Origin: Nitrospirae bacterium MYbin3
GTDB lineage: Bacteria; Nitrospirota; Thermodesulfovibrionia; Thermodesulfovibrionales; Dissulfurispiraceae
DNA length: 58,523 nucleotides
Direction of reading: 5' to 3'
Assembly (NCBI GenBank): GCA_002753335.1
Contig: PEAD01000019.1
Coordinates: forward strand, 1 to 58,523
Shown: in pieces, positions 50,635 to 58,523 of the stretch
Layout of the letters: each line of letters starts with the position of its first letter
Numbering within the stretch: position 1 is the stretch's first letter
The notes under the pieces: model-generated
What the model was told of the DNA's origin: nothing
What the model saw: the letters and a program-made list of their open reading frames with translations, nothing else
Databases searched by the model: none
Program-made: the position numbers and the translations under genes

Positions 50635-50663
50635 TTGACTAACCCATTAGTTTAAGATAATAT
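50635..50663 (+). promoter_or_regulatory. Putative vapBC promoter with overlapping palindromic operator
   Basis: TTGACT (50635-50640)-N17-TAATAT; inverted repeat ACTAA-CCCA-TTAGT at 50638-50651. Confidence 0.5.
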
Positions 50664-50683
50664 AAAACAATGGAGGTGTAGCG

Positions 50684-50914
50684 ATGAACACTGTCAATAT
50701 ACATGAGGCAAAAACCCACCTTTCTTCCATTCTTAAGCGTGTAGAGAGCGGTGAAGATATCCTTATTGCCAAAGCAGGACATCCGATTGCCTGCATATCT
50801 CCACTGCCTCAAGCTTCTGCCAAACGAAAACCGGGCAGCGCAAAAGGCAAGATAACTATAAGCAAATCTTTTATGGAGCCATTGCCAAGCGGCATTCTCA
50901 AAGGTTTTAAATAA
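50684..50914 (+). CDS. Phd/YefM-type antitoxin
   Basis: VNIHEAKTHLS.....V..GE.I.IAKAG.P. Confidence 0.9.
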   Translation: MNTVNIHEAKTHLSSILKRVESGEDILIAKAGHPIACISPLPQASAKRKPGSAKGKITISKSFMEPLPSGILKGFK

Positions 50915-51321
50915 TGAAGGCGCTGCTTGACACCCATGTATTTTTATGGTGGGTTATGGATGATGAGCGGCTTACAATCTTTGTCCGTGATTTTATTTCT
51001 AACGAGAAAAACGAACTATTCCTGAGCGCTGCAAGCTGCTGGGAGATGATGATAAAAGCAAAACTCGGCCGTATCAAATTTCCGGATTCGGCCGAAAAAT
51101 TTATCCCGGCGCAAATGAGACAAAACAACATCAACGGGCTGCCTGTCCATATATCACATGCGCTCCATATGTATAGCCTTCCTGACAAACACAAAGACCC
51201 TTTTGACCGGATACTTATAGCGCAGGCTCAGGCTGAAAGAATACCCATTGTTACAAACGACAGCCTTATCGCTGACTATGATATAAGGGTCATTTGGGAT
51301 AAGAAAGCAAGGCAAAAATAG
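50914..51321 (+). CDS. vapC: PIN-domain toxin (VapC family)
   Basis: LLDTHVFLWW, S.AS.WEM..K, HKDPFDRILIAQA. Confidence 0.92.
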   Translation: MKALLDTHVFLWWVMDDERLTIFVRDFISNEKNELFLSAASCWEMMIKAKLGRIKFPDSAEKFIPAQMRQNNINGLPVHISHALHMYSLPDKHKDPFDRILIAQAQAERIPIVTNDSLIADYDIRVIWDKKARQK

Positions 51322-51341
51322 AGCCGTCAGGGGGACAGACA

Positions 51342-52298
51342 ATGACACCGAATGACCTTTTGGAATTCAGAAGAATGTATATGGGATTCACCTCAGCAAG
51401 AGTTGTATTGACCGCAAACAATCTAGGTATATTTGAGCACCTGAGAAAATCTTCCTCTGCCCTTGAAATCTCAAAAAAGATTAAGACCGACCTTAGGGCA
51501 ACAACGATACTTCTTGACGCGCTTGCAGGCTTAGGTCTGATCTTAAAAAACAAAGACGGCCTTTACCTCAACGCTAAGATAAGTTTCAGATATCTTGTTA
51601 AAGGCGCCGCTCTTTATCAGGGTGACATTATCAAGCATGCATCAACCATGTGGCAGAACTTTTCCGCTCTGGATGAAGTGCTAAAAACAGGCCGTCCTGC
51701 AAGGCGGGGCTTTGACCATGAAGCGTTTATCATGGGGATGCACAACCTGACCATACTCCGCACCGAAAGTCTGATTAAAGCAGTTGGTCTTAAAGGTGTA
51801 AAGAGTATGCTTGATTTGGGCGGCGGCCCGGGAACAAACGCTATCGCGATGGCACAAAAAGGCATTAAGGCCACAACCTTTGATATGCCCGAAACTATCA
51901 AGATAGCCAAAAGGGTCGCAAAAAAAGATGGCGCAAAAAATATGAGCTTTATTTCTGGAGATTTTCATATTGACAGTTTTGGCTCAGGTTATGACCTAAT
52001 ACTTGTAAGCCAGATATTTCATGCCTATTCTGTCGATGAAAATATCGCGCTGCTCTATAAATGCAGGACTGCCTTAAATCCGGGAGGAAGAGTTGTTGTG
52101 CAGGAGTTCCCGATAAACGATGCCCTGACCTCGCCTTCCCACAGCGCAATCTTCTCTGTAAACATGCTTGTAGGAACAGAAAAAGGCCGCTGTTACAGCC
52201 CTAATGAAATAAAAAAATGGCTGCACGAAACAGGTTTTAAATATATTGCGGTAAAAAATCTTCCCGAAACCGTTCTTGTGATAGGTGCAAAAAAATGA
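51342..52298 (+). CDS. SAM-dependent O-methyltransferase (dimerisation domain plus Methyltransf_2)
   Basis: N-terminal winged-helix dimerisation region; LDLGGGPG; GDF; LNPGG. Confidence 0.85.
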   Translation: MTPNDLLEFRRMYMGFTSARVVLTANNLGIFEHLRKSSSALEISKKIKTDLRATTILLDALAGLGLILKNKDGLYLNAKISFRYLVKGAALYQGDIIKHASTMWQNFSALDEVLKTGRPARRGFDHEAFIMGMHNLTILRTESLIKAVGLKGVKSMLDLGGGPGTNAIAMAQKGIKATTFDMPETIKIAKRVAKKDGAKNMSFISGDFHIDSFGSGYDLILVSQIFHAYSVDENIALLYKCRTALNPGGRVVVQEFPINDALTSPSHSAIFSVNMLVGTEKGRCYSPNEIKKWLHETGFKYIAVKNLPETVLVIGAKK

Positions 52299-53212
52299 AC
52301 CTCTATCTTATCGACGGCAACTCATATTTCTACCGCGCATATCATGCGATAAAAAGCCTGACCAATTCAAAAGGCCTGCCGACCAACGCAATATATGGCT
52401 TCACAACGATGCTGATGAAAATATTGAAAGAAAAAAAGCCAGATGCGGTCGCCATCGCCTTTGACACAAAGGCCCCCACAGAAAGACATAGAATGTACGA
52501 GGAATACAAAGCACACCGCCCTGACACTCCAGACGATCTGATTACACAGATTCCTTATATGAAAAGCGTTGTAGAAGCCCTGAACATAGCTGCCTTTGAA
52601 ATGCCCGGATTTGAGGCGGACGATATAATCGGCACCATAGCAAAAAAATCAGCAGCGCATGGCATGCAGGTGTTCATAGTCAGTGGCGACAAAGATATGA
52701 TGCAGCTTGTGAGCAGCAGCATAAAGATATACGACCCTATGAAAGACTCAACAATTGATTATCCTGCAGTCATGGCCCGCTTTGGGCTGCCTCCCGAAAG
52801 AATACCTGAAGTGATGGCGCTTACAGGAGATGTTGCTGACAACATTCCGGGCGCAAAAGGCATTGGAGAGAAGACCGCAAAAGACCTGCTGAAAAATACC
52901 GCGCTCGACAGCCTCATCGCTGATACTGCCCAGATAAAAAATGAACGCATCAGAAAAATATTCAATGAAAGTCTGGAATCCATAAAACTGAGCAGAACGC
53001 TGGCTACAATAGATACCGATGTGCCTGTTGCCTTCGACTCCTTATCGCTGAAATCGAAAACTCCTGACTGGGAAAAACTCAACACAATGTTCGTTGAACT
53101 TGATTTTAAAAGCCTTCTGAAAATCATACCGCACACAGCACGACAGGCAAGAGCAGAATATTTTTTGATAAATGACAGCGATGAACTTTTGGCTTTTTTA
53201 GGGAAATCCTGA
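52295..53212 (+). CDS. 5'-3' exonuclease (DNA polymerase I N-terminal domain only)
   Basis: LYLIDGNS..YRAYHA, PTNAIYGF, YKAHRP, EADDIIGT, SGDKD, GD..DNIPG.KGIGEKTA; no polymerase domain. Confidence 0.88.
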   Translation: MNLYLIDGNSYFYRAYHAIKSLTNSKGLPTNAIYGFTTMLMKILKEKKPDAVAIAFDTKAPTERHRMYEEYKAHRPDTPDDLITQIPYMKSVVEALNIAAFEMPGFEADDIIGTIAKKSAAHGMQVFIVSGDKDMMQLVSSSIKIYDPMKDSTIDYPAVMARFGLPPERIPEVMALTGDVADNIPGAKGIGEKTAKDLLKNTALDSLIADTAQIKNERIRKIFNESLESIKLSRTLATIDTDVPVAFDSLSLKSKTPDWEKLNTMFVELDFKSLLKIIPHTARQARAEYFLINDSDELLAFLGKS

Positions 53213-53214
53213 GA

Positions 53215-53493
53215 TTAAGAACCTTGCGGAGGGCCTTGTGTAATGCTTTTGAAGGCTTCTTCATCAGCCGACTCAAGAAGTTCGGCATATTCGCGTAACA
53301 GATTCAGAGAATCAAGAGCAGCAGCCTCATCTATCTTCTGAATGGCAAAGCCGGCATGCACAAGCACATACTCACCTATCTGCGCCTCTTCCGGCAGCAG
53401 TATAAGGCTTACATCCCTTCTTGCTCCCATAACATCAACAGTGGCAAGAAGATTATCTATGCTGATAACTTTTGAGGGGACCGCAAGACACAT
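53215..53493 (-). CDS. hypC: Hydrogenase maturation chaperone HypC/HybG
   Basis: MCLAVP start; YVLVHAGFAIQKID. Confidence 0.95.
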   Translation of the reverse strand: MCLAVPSKVISIDNLLATVDVMGARRDVSLILLPEEAQIGEYVLVHAGFAIQKIDEAAALDSLNLLREYAELLESADEEAFKSITQGPPQGS

Positions 53494-53954
53494 TTTACAT
53501 TCAACTCCTGTAGTGTTTCTATTATAACCTGCACAAAGCGGGGAAATTTCTCTTTAAGGGTGTCTGTCATTTCGATGCCGACTTCGGTTGACAGAATCTG
53601 AATGCCCACAAGCCTCATTTTAGACGGCATCCTGTCCATCAGCTTCGTTGCTGCAACAACATCGTTAAGGCCTATATTATGAACCGAAAGCTTGGCCATA
53701 AGAACAGACGGGATGTCATCGTCTTCAATAACTCCGATAAACCCTGTCTCTTTGCCAAAGTTTACGGCATCGGCGATTACTATATTGTCGCGGTCTTCAA
53801 AATACGGAAGAAGGTCAAGGCCCAGCGTGCCTCCGTCGATTATCTCTATTTCGGGAGAGAATGAGTATCTCTCCCGAATATAGTTTGCCGCATGAACCCC
53901 GATGCCTTCATCCATCAGCAGGATATTTCCCAATCCTATGAGGGTTGTCTTCAA
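53457..53954 (-). CDS. Hydrogenase maturation endopeptidase (HyaD/HybD family)
   Basis: GLGNILLMDEGIGV, IDGGTLG, DAV, SVH. Confidence 0.93.
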   Translation of the reverse strand: MKTTLIGLGNILLMDEGIGVHAANYIRERYSFSPEIEIIDGGTLGLDLLPYFEDRDNIVIADAVNFGKETGFIGVIEDDDIPSVLMAKLSVHNIGLNDVVAATKLMDRMPSKMRLVGIQILSTEVGIEMTDTLKEKFPRFVQVIIETLQELNVKCVLRSPQKLSA

Positions 53955-53958
53955 AAAA

Positions 53959-54609
53959 TTACTTATCCCCCTTAGTCTTGTAACCGTTGAAAATAGATGT
54001 CAAAAGCCCGTTCTTCTCTATCATGTTATTGTGCAGAACAATGTAGATATGAGTTATGAAATACACAATAACAGCCCACATAATCAGATGGTGAACAAGT
54101 CTTACACCCGAACCGCTGCTCCCTGCAGGAACGAGCCAGCCACCCATAAGCGTCCAGAAAATACCGCCGTCATGAGACTGTGAATACAAGCCAAAGCCTG
54201 TCTGTATCGCAACAAAGAAAAGCGTGTACAAGACAGCGTATGTCAGTCCGGCAAGGGCAGTATGCCCGGCATAATGTCCGCAGTCTCCCTTGAGAAAACA
54301 GTAAAACTGCGCGGTCTCGGTAAGATTCTGACGGCGTTCGCTGCTAAGCGGCAGATACTGGTTGAACTTTACATACTTGTTGCCTGCGAAAGCCCAGTAT
54401 ATCCTTACGAAAAACGCTACGGTGAATACATAAGCGAACACAAAATGCAGAAATCTCATACTCGCCATTATGGATGAGTTTTCTGAACTGCCCAATATAT
54501 AGGGGCTTGCGATATAAAAACCGGTTACTGACAACACTACGATGGACAGGACATCCAACCAGTGGTTTACCCTTACCGGCAATTCCCAGACATATTCTTT
54601 ATTCGCCAT
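53959..54609 (-). CDS. [NiFe]-hydrogenase b-type cytochrome subunit
   Basis: YVWELPVR.NHW, RFLHF, RLVHH, THIY (heme-binding His); four TM segments. Confidence 0.93.
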   Translation of the reverse strand: MANKEYVWELPVRVNHWLDVLSIVVLSVTGFYIASPYILGSSENSSIMASMRFLHFVFAYVFTVAFFVRIYWAFAGNKYVKFNQYLPLSSERRQNLTETAQFYCFLKGDCGHYAGHTALAGLTYAVLYTLFFVAIQTGFGLYSQSHDGGIFWTLMGGWLVPAGSSGSGVRLVHHLIMWAVIVYFITHIYIVLHNNMIEKNGLLTSIFNGYKTKGDK

Positions 54610-54617
54610 GGCCCCTC

Positions 54618-56327
54618 CTATTTCACTTTGACTTTAAACAGCTCTTTTCCCTCTGAGTCCACAAGATGCACCGCGCAAGCCATGCAGGGGTCAAAAGAGT
54701 GTATGGTTCTCAAAATCTCGACAGGCTTGTTCGGATCGGCCACCGGCGTGCCTATCAAGGCTTCTTCAAAAGGTCCCCTCTGGTTCTTGGCATCTCTTGG
54801 CGAAGAGTTCCATCCACCTGGAACTACGCACTGATAGTTGGCAACCTTTTTGTCTTTAATCACTACCCAATGGCAGAGCGTGCCGCGCGGGGCTTCATGG
54901 AAGCCGTATCCCTTAGCCTCTGCAGGCCATGTGGAAGGATCCCATTTGTCGCCGTTGTGTATTTTGTAGTCGCCTTTTTTGATATTTGCAGCCAGATCAT
55001 TAATCCAGACAGGCAGCATCTCTGCGGTTACAAGACTAACTACGCCGCGGGCTGCTGTTCTGCCAAGTGTGGAAAATAAAGCCGTAGGCCCTACTCCGAG
55101 TTTGCCAAGCACGCTGTTTACAACCTCAACAATCCTCTTGTGGCCTGAAGCGTAAGCGACCAGAATTCTTGAGAGAGGTCCAACCTCGGTCGAAAGGCCG
55201 TCATATCTGACCGACTTAACCCAGCTGTATTTCTTGTCGGTCTCGAGCCATTCGTAAGGAGGCTTGGGCCCTGTGTAGTTCGGAGTGGTTTCGCCCTCAA
55301 ACGGATGTCTGCCCTTCTTGTCATCATCACTGTATTTGTACCACGCATGAGCAACATCTTCGGTAATCTTCTTATGGTCAATCGGCTCGACCTTAGAAAG
55401 ATTCTTGCCTCTAATAAATCCTGCAGGCAGCCAGCAGTTGGTTGAGTTGCTGACGTTGTCCTTCTGGAAGTCGCCGCAAGAGAGGAAATTGCCTACGCCT
55501 GCGCCGATCCCTGCCCATTCCTTATAGAAGGATGCAACCGCAAGCAGATCAGGAATATAAACCTTCTCGACAAATTCCTGCGCCTTCTGCGCGTAGCCGA
55601 GCATCATCGCGATAGTTCCTGCGTTTATCGCGTTCTGGCTGTTGGGGTCTATCGGAATCGACATTCCACCCACTAAAAATGTCTGAGGATGAGGATTCTT
55701 TGCTCCAAGGAACGCCTGCATCTTGATCACGTCCCTCTGCCATTCAAGAGCCTCAAGGTAATGCGCAACAGCCATAAGGTTAGCTTCGGCAGGAAGCTTA
55801 TAAACAGAATGCCCCCAATATCCGTTGGCAAATATGCCCAACTGTCCGCTCTCTACAAGTGTCTTAACCTTGCTCTGTACGGTCTTGAAATAAGCGGCAG
55901 AAGAGTTGTGCCAGTCTGATATGGACTGAGCCAAAGCAGAGGTCTTAGCCGGGTCGGCCTTCAATGCGCTTACAACATCAACCCAGTCTAATGCGTGCAG
56001 ATGATAAAAATGGATAACATGGTCCTGAACATACTGGATGCCCGAAATAAGATTTCTTATAATCCTTGCGTTGTCAGGAATCGTAATATTAAGTGCGTTT
56101 TCGACAGCCCTCACGGAGCTGGTGGAGTGAACCGTTGTTCAGACGCCTCATATACGGGACAGAAGCGCCCACACCTCCCTAGGATCTCTGTTCTTCACAA
56201 TAAGTTCGATGCCTCTCCACATGGTGCTCGAAGACCATGCGTCAACAACTTTGCCGCCTTCTATCTGGGCTTCTATTCTCAGATGCCCTTCAATTCTGGT
56301 CAAAGGGTCAATAGCTATTTTTGCCAT
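54618..56327 (-). CDS. Group 1 [NiFe]-hydrogenase large subunit, 569 aa, with two in-frame TGA (putative Sec60 and Sec63) in the L1 motif
   Basis: AGGAGG-N7-ATG at 56327 gives MAKIAIDPLTRIEGH...RGIELIVKNRDPREVWALLSRI*GV*TTVH, in frame with track ORF 54618-56114; L2 motif SFDPCMACAVH plus a 15-aa cleavable tail. Confidence 0.9.
56105..56121 (-). promoter_or_regulatory. Candidate bacterial SECIS hairpin
   Basis: mRNA CAGC-U-CC-GUGA-GG-GCUG: 6-bp stem, bulged U, G-first loop located 24 and 33 nt after the two UGAs. Confidence 0.55.
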
Positions 56328-56343
56328 TCTATATCCTCCTCAA

Positions 56344-57414
56344 TTATTTTTTATCTTCGGACTTGGATTTTGAAGACCTGATCGCAGCATGCACCGCAAC
56401 ACCTGCTGCTGCAGCGGCAGCAACACCCAGACCGATCTTGTCGGCTGTAGTCTGGTAGCCCGAGCCCGGAACATTAGGCAGTCTGGTGTACATAGAGCCC
56501 AACGCATCCCAACTCTGCGGCTGTCCGCAGGCAATGCAGCCATGACCTGCCATTACCGGCCAGCTCGTGCCTTCATTCCATCGTATGGTCGGGCAGTTCA
56601 TGTATGACTGAGGACCTTTGCAGCCCATCTCGTATAAGCACCAGCCCTTTCTGTGGCCGTCATCGCCCCACTTCCTGACAAACTGGCCTGCATCAAAATG
56701 TGTACGCCTCTCACAATTGTCATGGATTCTTTTTCCGTAAGCAAATAAGGGGCGGCCTTCCTTGTCGCACTGAGGAAGTGCGCCGAAGGTAAGATAATGG
56801 ACCACAGTAGCCGTAAGGTTTTCGCTGTTCATCGGACAGCCCGGCAGATTTATTACGGTAGCGTTAGGCACAGCCTGCTTTACGCTGACAGCGCCGGTAG
56901 GATTAGGAGCAGCCGCAGCCACTCCGCCATAACTGGCGCAGGAACCCACAGCTATTGTTGCGAGGGCGTTTCCACAAACCTCTTTTGCCATATCAATGGC
57001 GGTCTTGCCGCCAATACAGCAATAAACGCCGCCATCTTTCATAGGGATAGAACCCTCCACAATAGCTATATACTTGCCTTTGTGGTTCTTTACAACATCG
57101 TTCAAAGACTTCTCTGCATTCTTCCCTGACGGAGCCATAATCGTTTCATGGTACTCAAGAGAAATCACATCGAGCACCAACTGCGCGATGGTAGGCTTTG
57201 TTGACCTGAGAATCGATTCTGAATCCCCCGCACAATCCTGAAACTCAAGCCAAACAACATACGGTTTCTGCTTCTTTTCCAGAGCTTCTGCTATCTGTGG
57301 AACTACGGTTGACTGCAAACCAAGCGTCGCAGCCATTGTACTGCAGAAGGTCAGAAAATTTCTTCTTGAGATCCCCCGCTTGGAAAGATCACTAAAGAGG
57401 CTTTCATCCTGCAT
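56344..57414 (-). CDS. Membrane-bound [NiFe]-hydrogenase small subunit
   Basis: Tat signal SRRNFL; WLEFQDCAGDSES, GSCAS.GG, PGCP, HDNC...CLYEMGCKGP, NCP...WP...GHGCIAC; C-terminal TM anchor ending in H. Confidence 0.95.
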   Translation of the reverse strand: MQDESLFSDLSKRGISRRNFLTFCSTMAATLGLQSTVVPQIAEALEKKQKPYVVWLEFQDCAGDSESILRSTKPTIAQLVLDVISLEYHETIMAPSGKNAEKSLNDVVKNHKGKYIAIVEGSIPMKDGGVYCCIGGKTAIDMAKEVCGNALATIAVGSCASYGGVAAAAPNPTGAVSVKQAVPNATVINLPGCPMNSENLTATVVHYLTFGALPQCDKEGRPLFAYGKRIHDNCERRTHFDAGQFVRKWGDDGHRKGWCLYEMGCKGPQSYMNCPTIRWNEGTSWPVMAGHGCIACGQPQSWDALGSMYTRLPNVPGSGYQTTADKIGLGVAAAAAAGVAVHAAIRSSKSKSEDKK

Positions 57415-57449
57415 GCTCCCCTCCTATAAAGAAAATTTATTTATAGATA

Positions 57450-57478
57450 AGGATATGCGAACGCAAAGAAATTGTCAA
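57450..57478 (-). promoter_or_regulatory. Putative sigma70 promoter of the hydrogenase operon
   Basis: Minus strand TTGACA-N17-TATCCT upstream of AGGAGG and ATG 57414. Confidence 0.6.
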
Positions 57479-57518
57479 GATTTTTAGCCGAATTTTAGCC
57501 TAATTTTTTGCTGTTTTT

Positions 57519-58520
57519 TTAAGCTGATCCGTTCTTCACATCCAGAACGCTCTTAAGTTTTTCGCCGAGCACGCCAAGTTCAGGATCATTATTGTCGCTT
57601 TTTTTCATTGATTCAACATAGGTCTTGTATTCGTCCTGCTCTTCTCTGGACTTGACCGCCTTGAGGCTGATAGTTACCTTGCCGTTTTCTGCATCAACAT
57701 CGATAACAGCAGCCTGCAGCTTGCTGCCTGCCGTAAATATCTTGTTATGGTCAGACCCTTTTGGCGTCCCTGCTTCGGAGTTCGGGATTAAAGCTGTCAG
57801 ATCATCGCTCAACTTAACAAAAATTCCGAAGTTCATAACCTTTTCAACCACTCCCTCTACCATGTCTCCAACTTTAGGATAATCTATCTGCTTGGGCTTG
57901 CTTTCGGGCTGAAGAGAAACAGATATTTTTCTGCTCGCAATGTCCACCGAAAGAATATAGCCCTCAACCTCTTGACCAACATCAACCACATCGCGGGGAT
58001 GCTTTATCCTTCTTCCTGCGCCTAAATTCGATATATGAATAAGACCGTCAATGCCATCCTCAAGCGTCACAAAAACTCCAAACGGCAAAAGCCGCGCAAT
58101 TTTGCCCTTTATCTTGCTGCCTGGCTGATAACGCTCTTCGGCCCCCGCCCATGGATCAGCGCTCAAAGCCTTGATGCTGAGCGAAACCCTTCTCTTGTCC
58201 CAATCTATGCCGATAACTTTGACCTTGACGTCCTGTCCCTGAGAAAGCACGGATGCAGGATTCTCTATCCTTCCCCATGACATCTCACTGATAGGGATAA
58301 GACCGTCGATTCCTCCGATGTCCACAAATGCCCCAAAATTCTGCAAAGAACGGACTTTGCCCGAAACTTCCTTTCCTACCGTCAAAGTTTCTCTGAGCTT
58401 GTCGAACTTTGACTTATTCTCCTCCTCAAGCAGCGCACGCCTTGAAAGCACTACATTCCTGCCGCGGTCATCGCACTCTAATACCTTAAAAGAAAAGGTC
58501 TTTCCAACATAACCTCCGCT
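57519..58520 (-). CDS. rpsA: Ribosomal protein S1 / S1-repeat RNA-binding protein (5' part outside the window)
   Basis: Repeated S1 domains (FGAFVDIGGIDGLIPISEMSW, FGVFVTLEDGIDGLIHIS, FGIFVKL); frame stays open to 58520. Confidence 0.8.
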   Translation of the reverse strand, partial: SGGYVGKTFSFKVLECDDRGRNVVLSRRALLEEENKSKFDKLRETLTVGKEVSGKVRSLQNFGAFVDIGGIDGLIPISEMSWGRIENPASVLSQGQDVKVKVIGIDWDKRRVSLSIKALSADPWAGAEERYQPGSKIKGKIARLLPFGVFVTLEDGIDGLIHISNLGAGRRIKHPRDVVDVGQEVEGYILSVDIASRKISVSLQPESKPKQIDYPKVGDMVEGVVEKVMNFGIFVKLSDDLTALIPNSEAGTPKGSDHNKIFTAGSKLQAAVIDVDAENGKVTISLKAVKSREEQDEYKTYVESMKKSDNNDPELGVLGEKLKSVLDVKNGSA

Positions 58521-58523
58521 TCA

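Noticed and set aside
56112..56114. GTG start of the 498-aa ORF-track call
   Set aside because: It would omit the RIEGH and L1 motifs and has no SD; ATG 56327 has a strong RBS right after the small-subunit stop
56139..56150. Hydrogenase large subunit as a pseudogene, or genome-wide UGA reassignment (code 4/25)
   Set aside because: Both stops are TGA at catalytic Cys positions with no other lesion in the operon, and many genes here end properly at TGA. Trp or Gly could not ligate Ni. Pseudogene status is not formally excluded without the sel genes.

Overview
Gene-dense bacterial window, roughly mid-40s % GC by eye. Gene content suggests an anaerobe, possibly Nitrospirota/Thermodesulfovibrionia- or Desulfobacterota-like (inference only). 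In order it contains: a methylmalonyl-CoA pathway cluster (sucCD, split B12 mutase, meaB, epimerase, propionyl-CoA carboxylase); a ferredoxin-fused ETF pair; acpS; a Phd/RelE toxin-antitoxin pair; an AmmeMemoRadiSam locus with an unannotated 41-aa twin-arginine peptide; HD-GYP and GAF proteins; mutS2; a c7 cytochrome; Nramp; a PLD protein; clpSA; a 12-kb CheB/CheR and histidine kinase signalling cluster; an HDAC-like gene; nifU-amidase-deacylase genes; vapBC; a truncated polA-like 5'-3' exonuclease; a membrane-bound group 1 [NiFe]-hydrogenase operon; and a partial S1 protein. The standout is the hydrogenase large subunit. It really starts at 56327, and both cysteines of its N-terminal Ni-binding RxCGxC motif are in-frame TGA codons (R-I-*-G-V-*), followed by a SECIS-like hairpin, while the C-terminal DPCxxC keeps Cys. 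This points to a di-selenocysteine (UxxU) hydrogenase, with Se at the opposite motif from classical [NiFeSe] enzymes. No tRNA, rRNA, CRISPR array or transposase was recognised.
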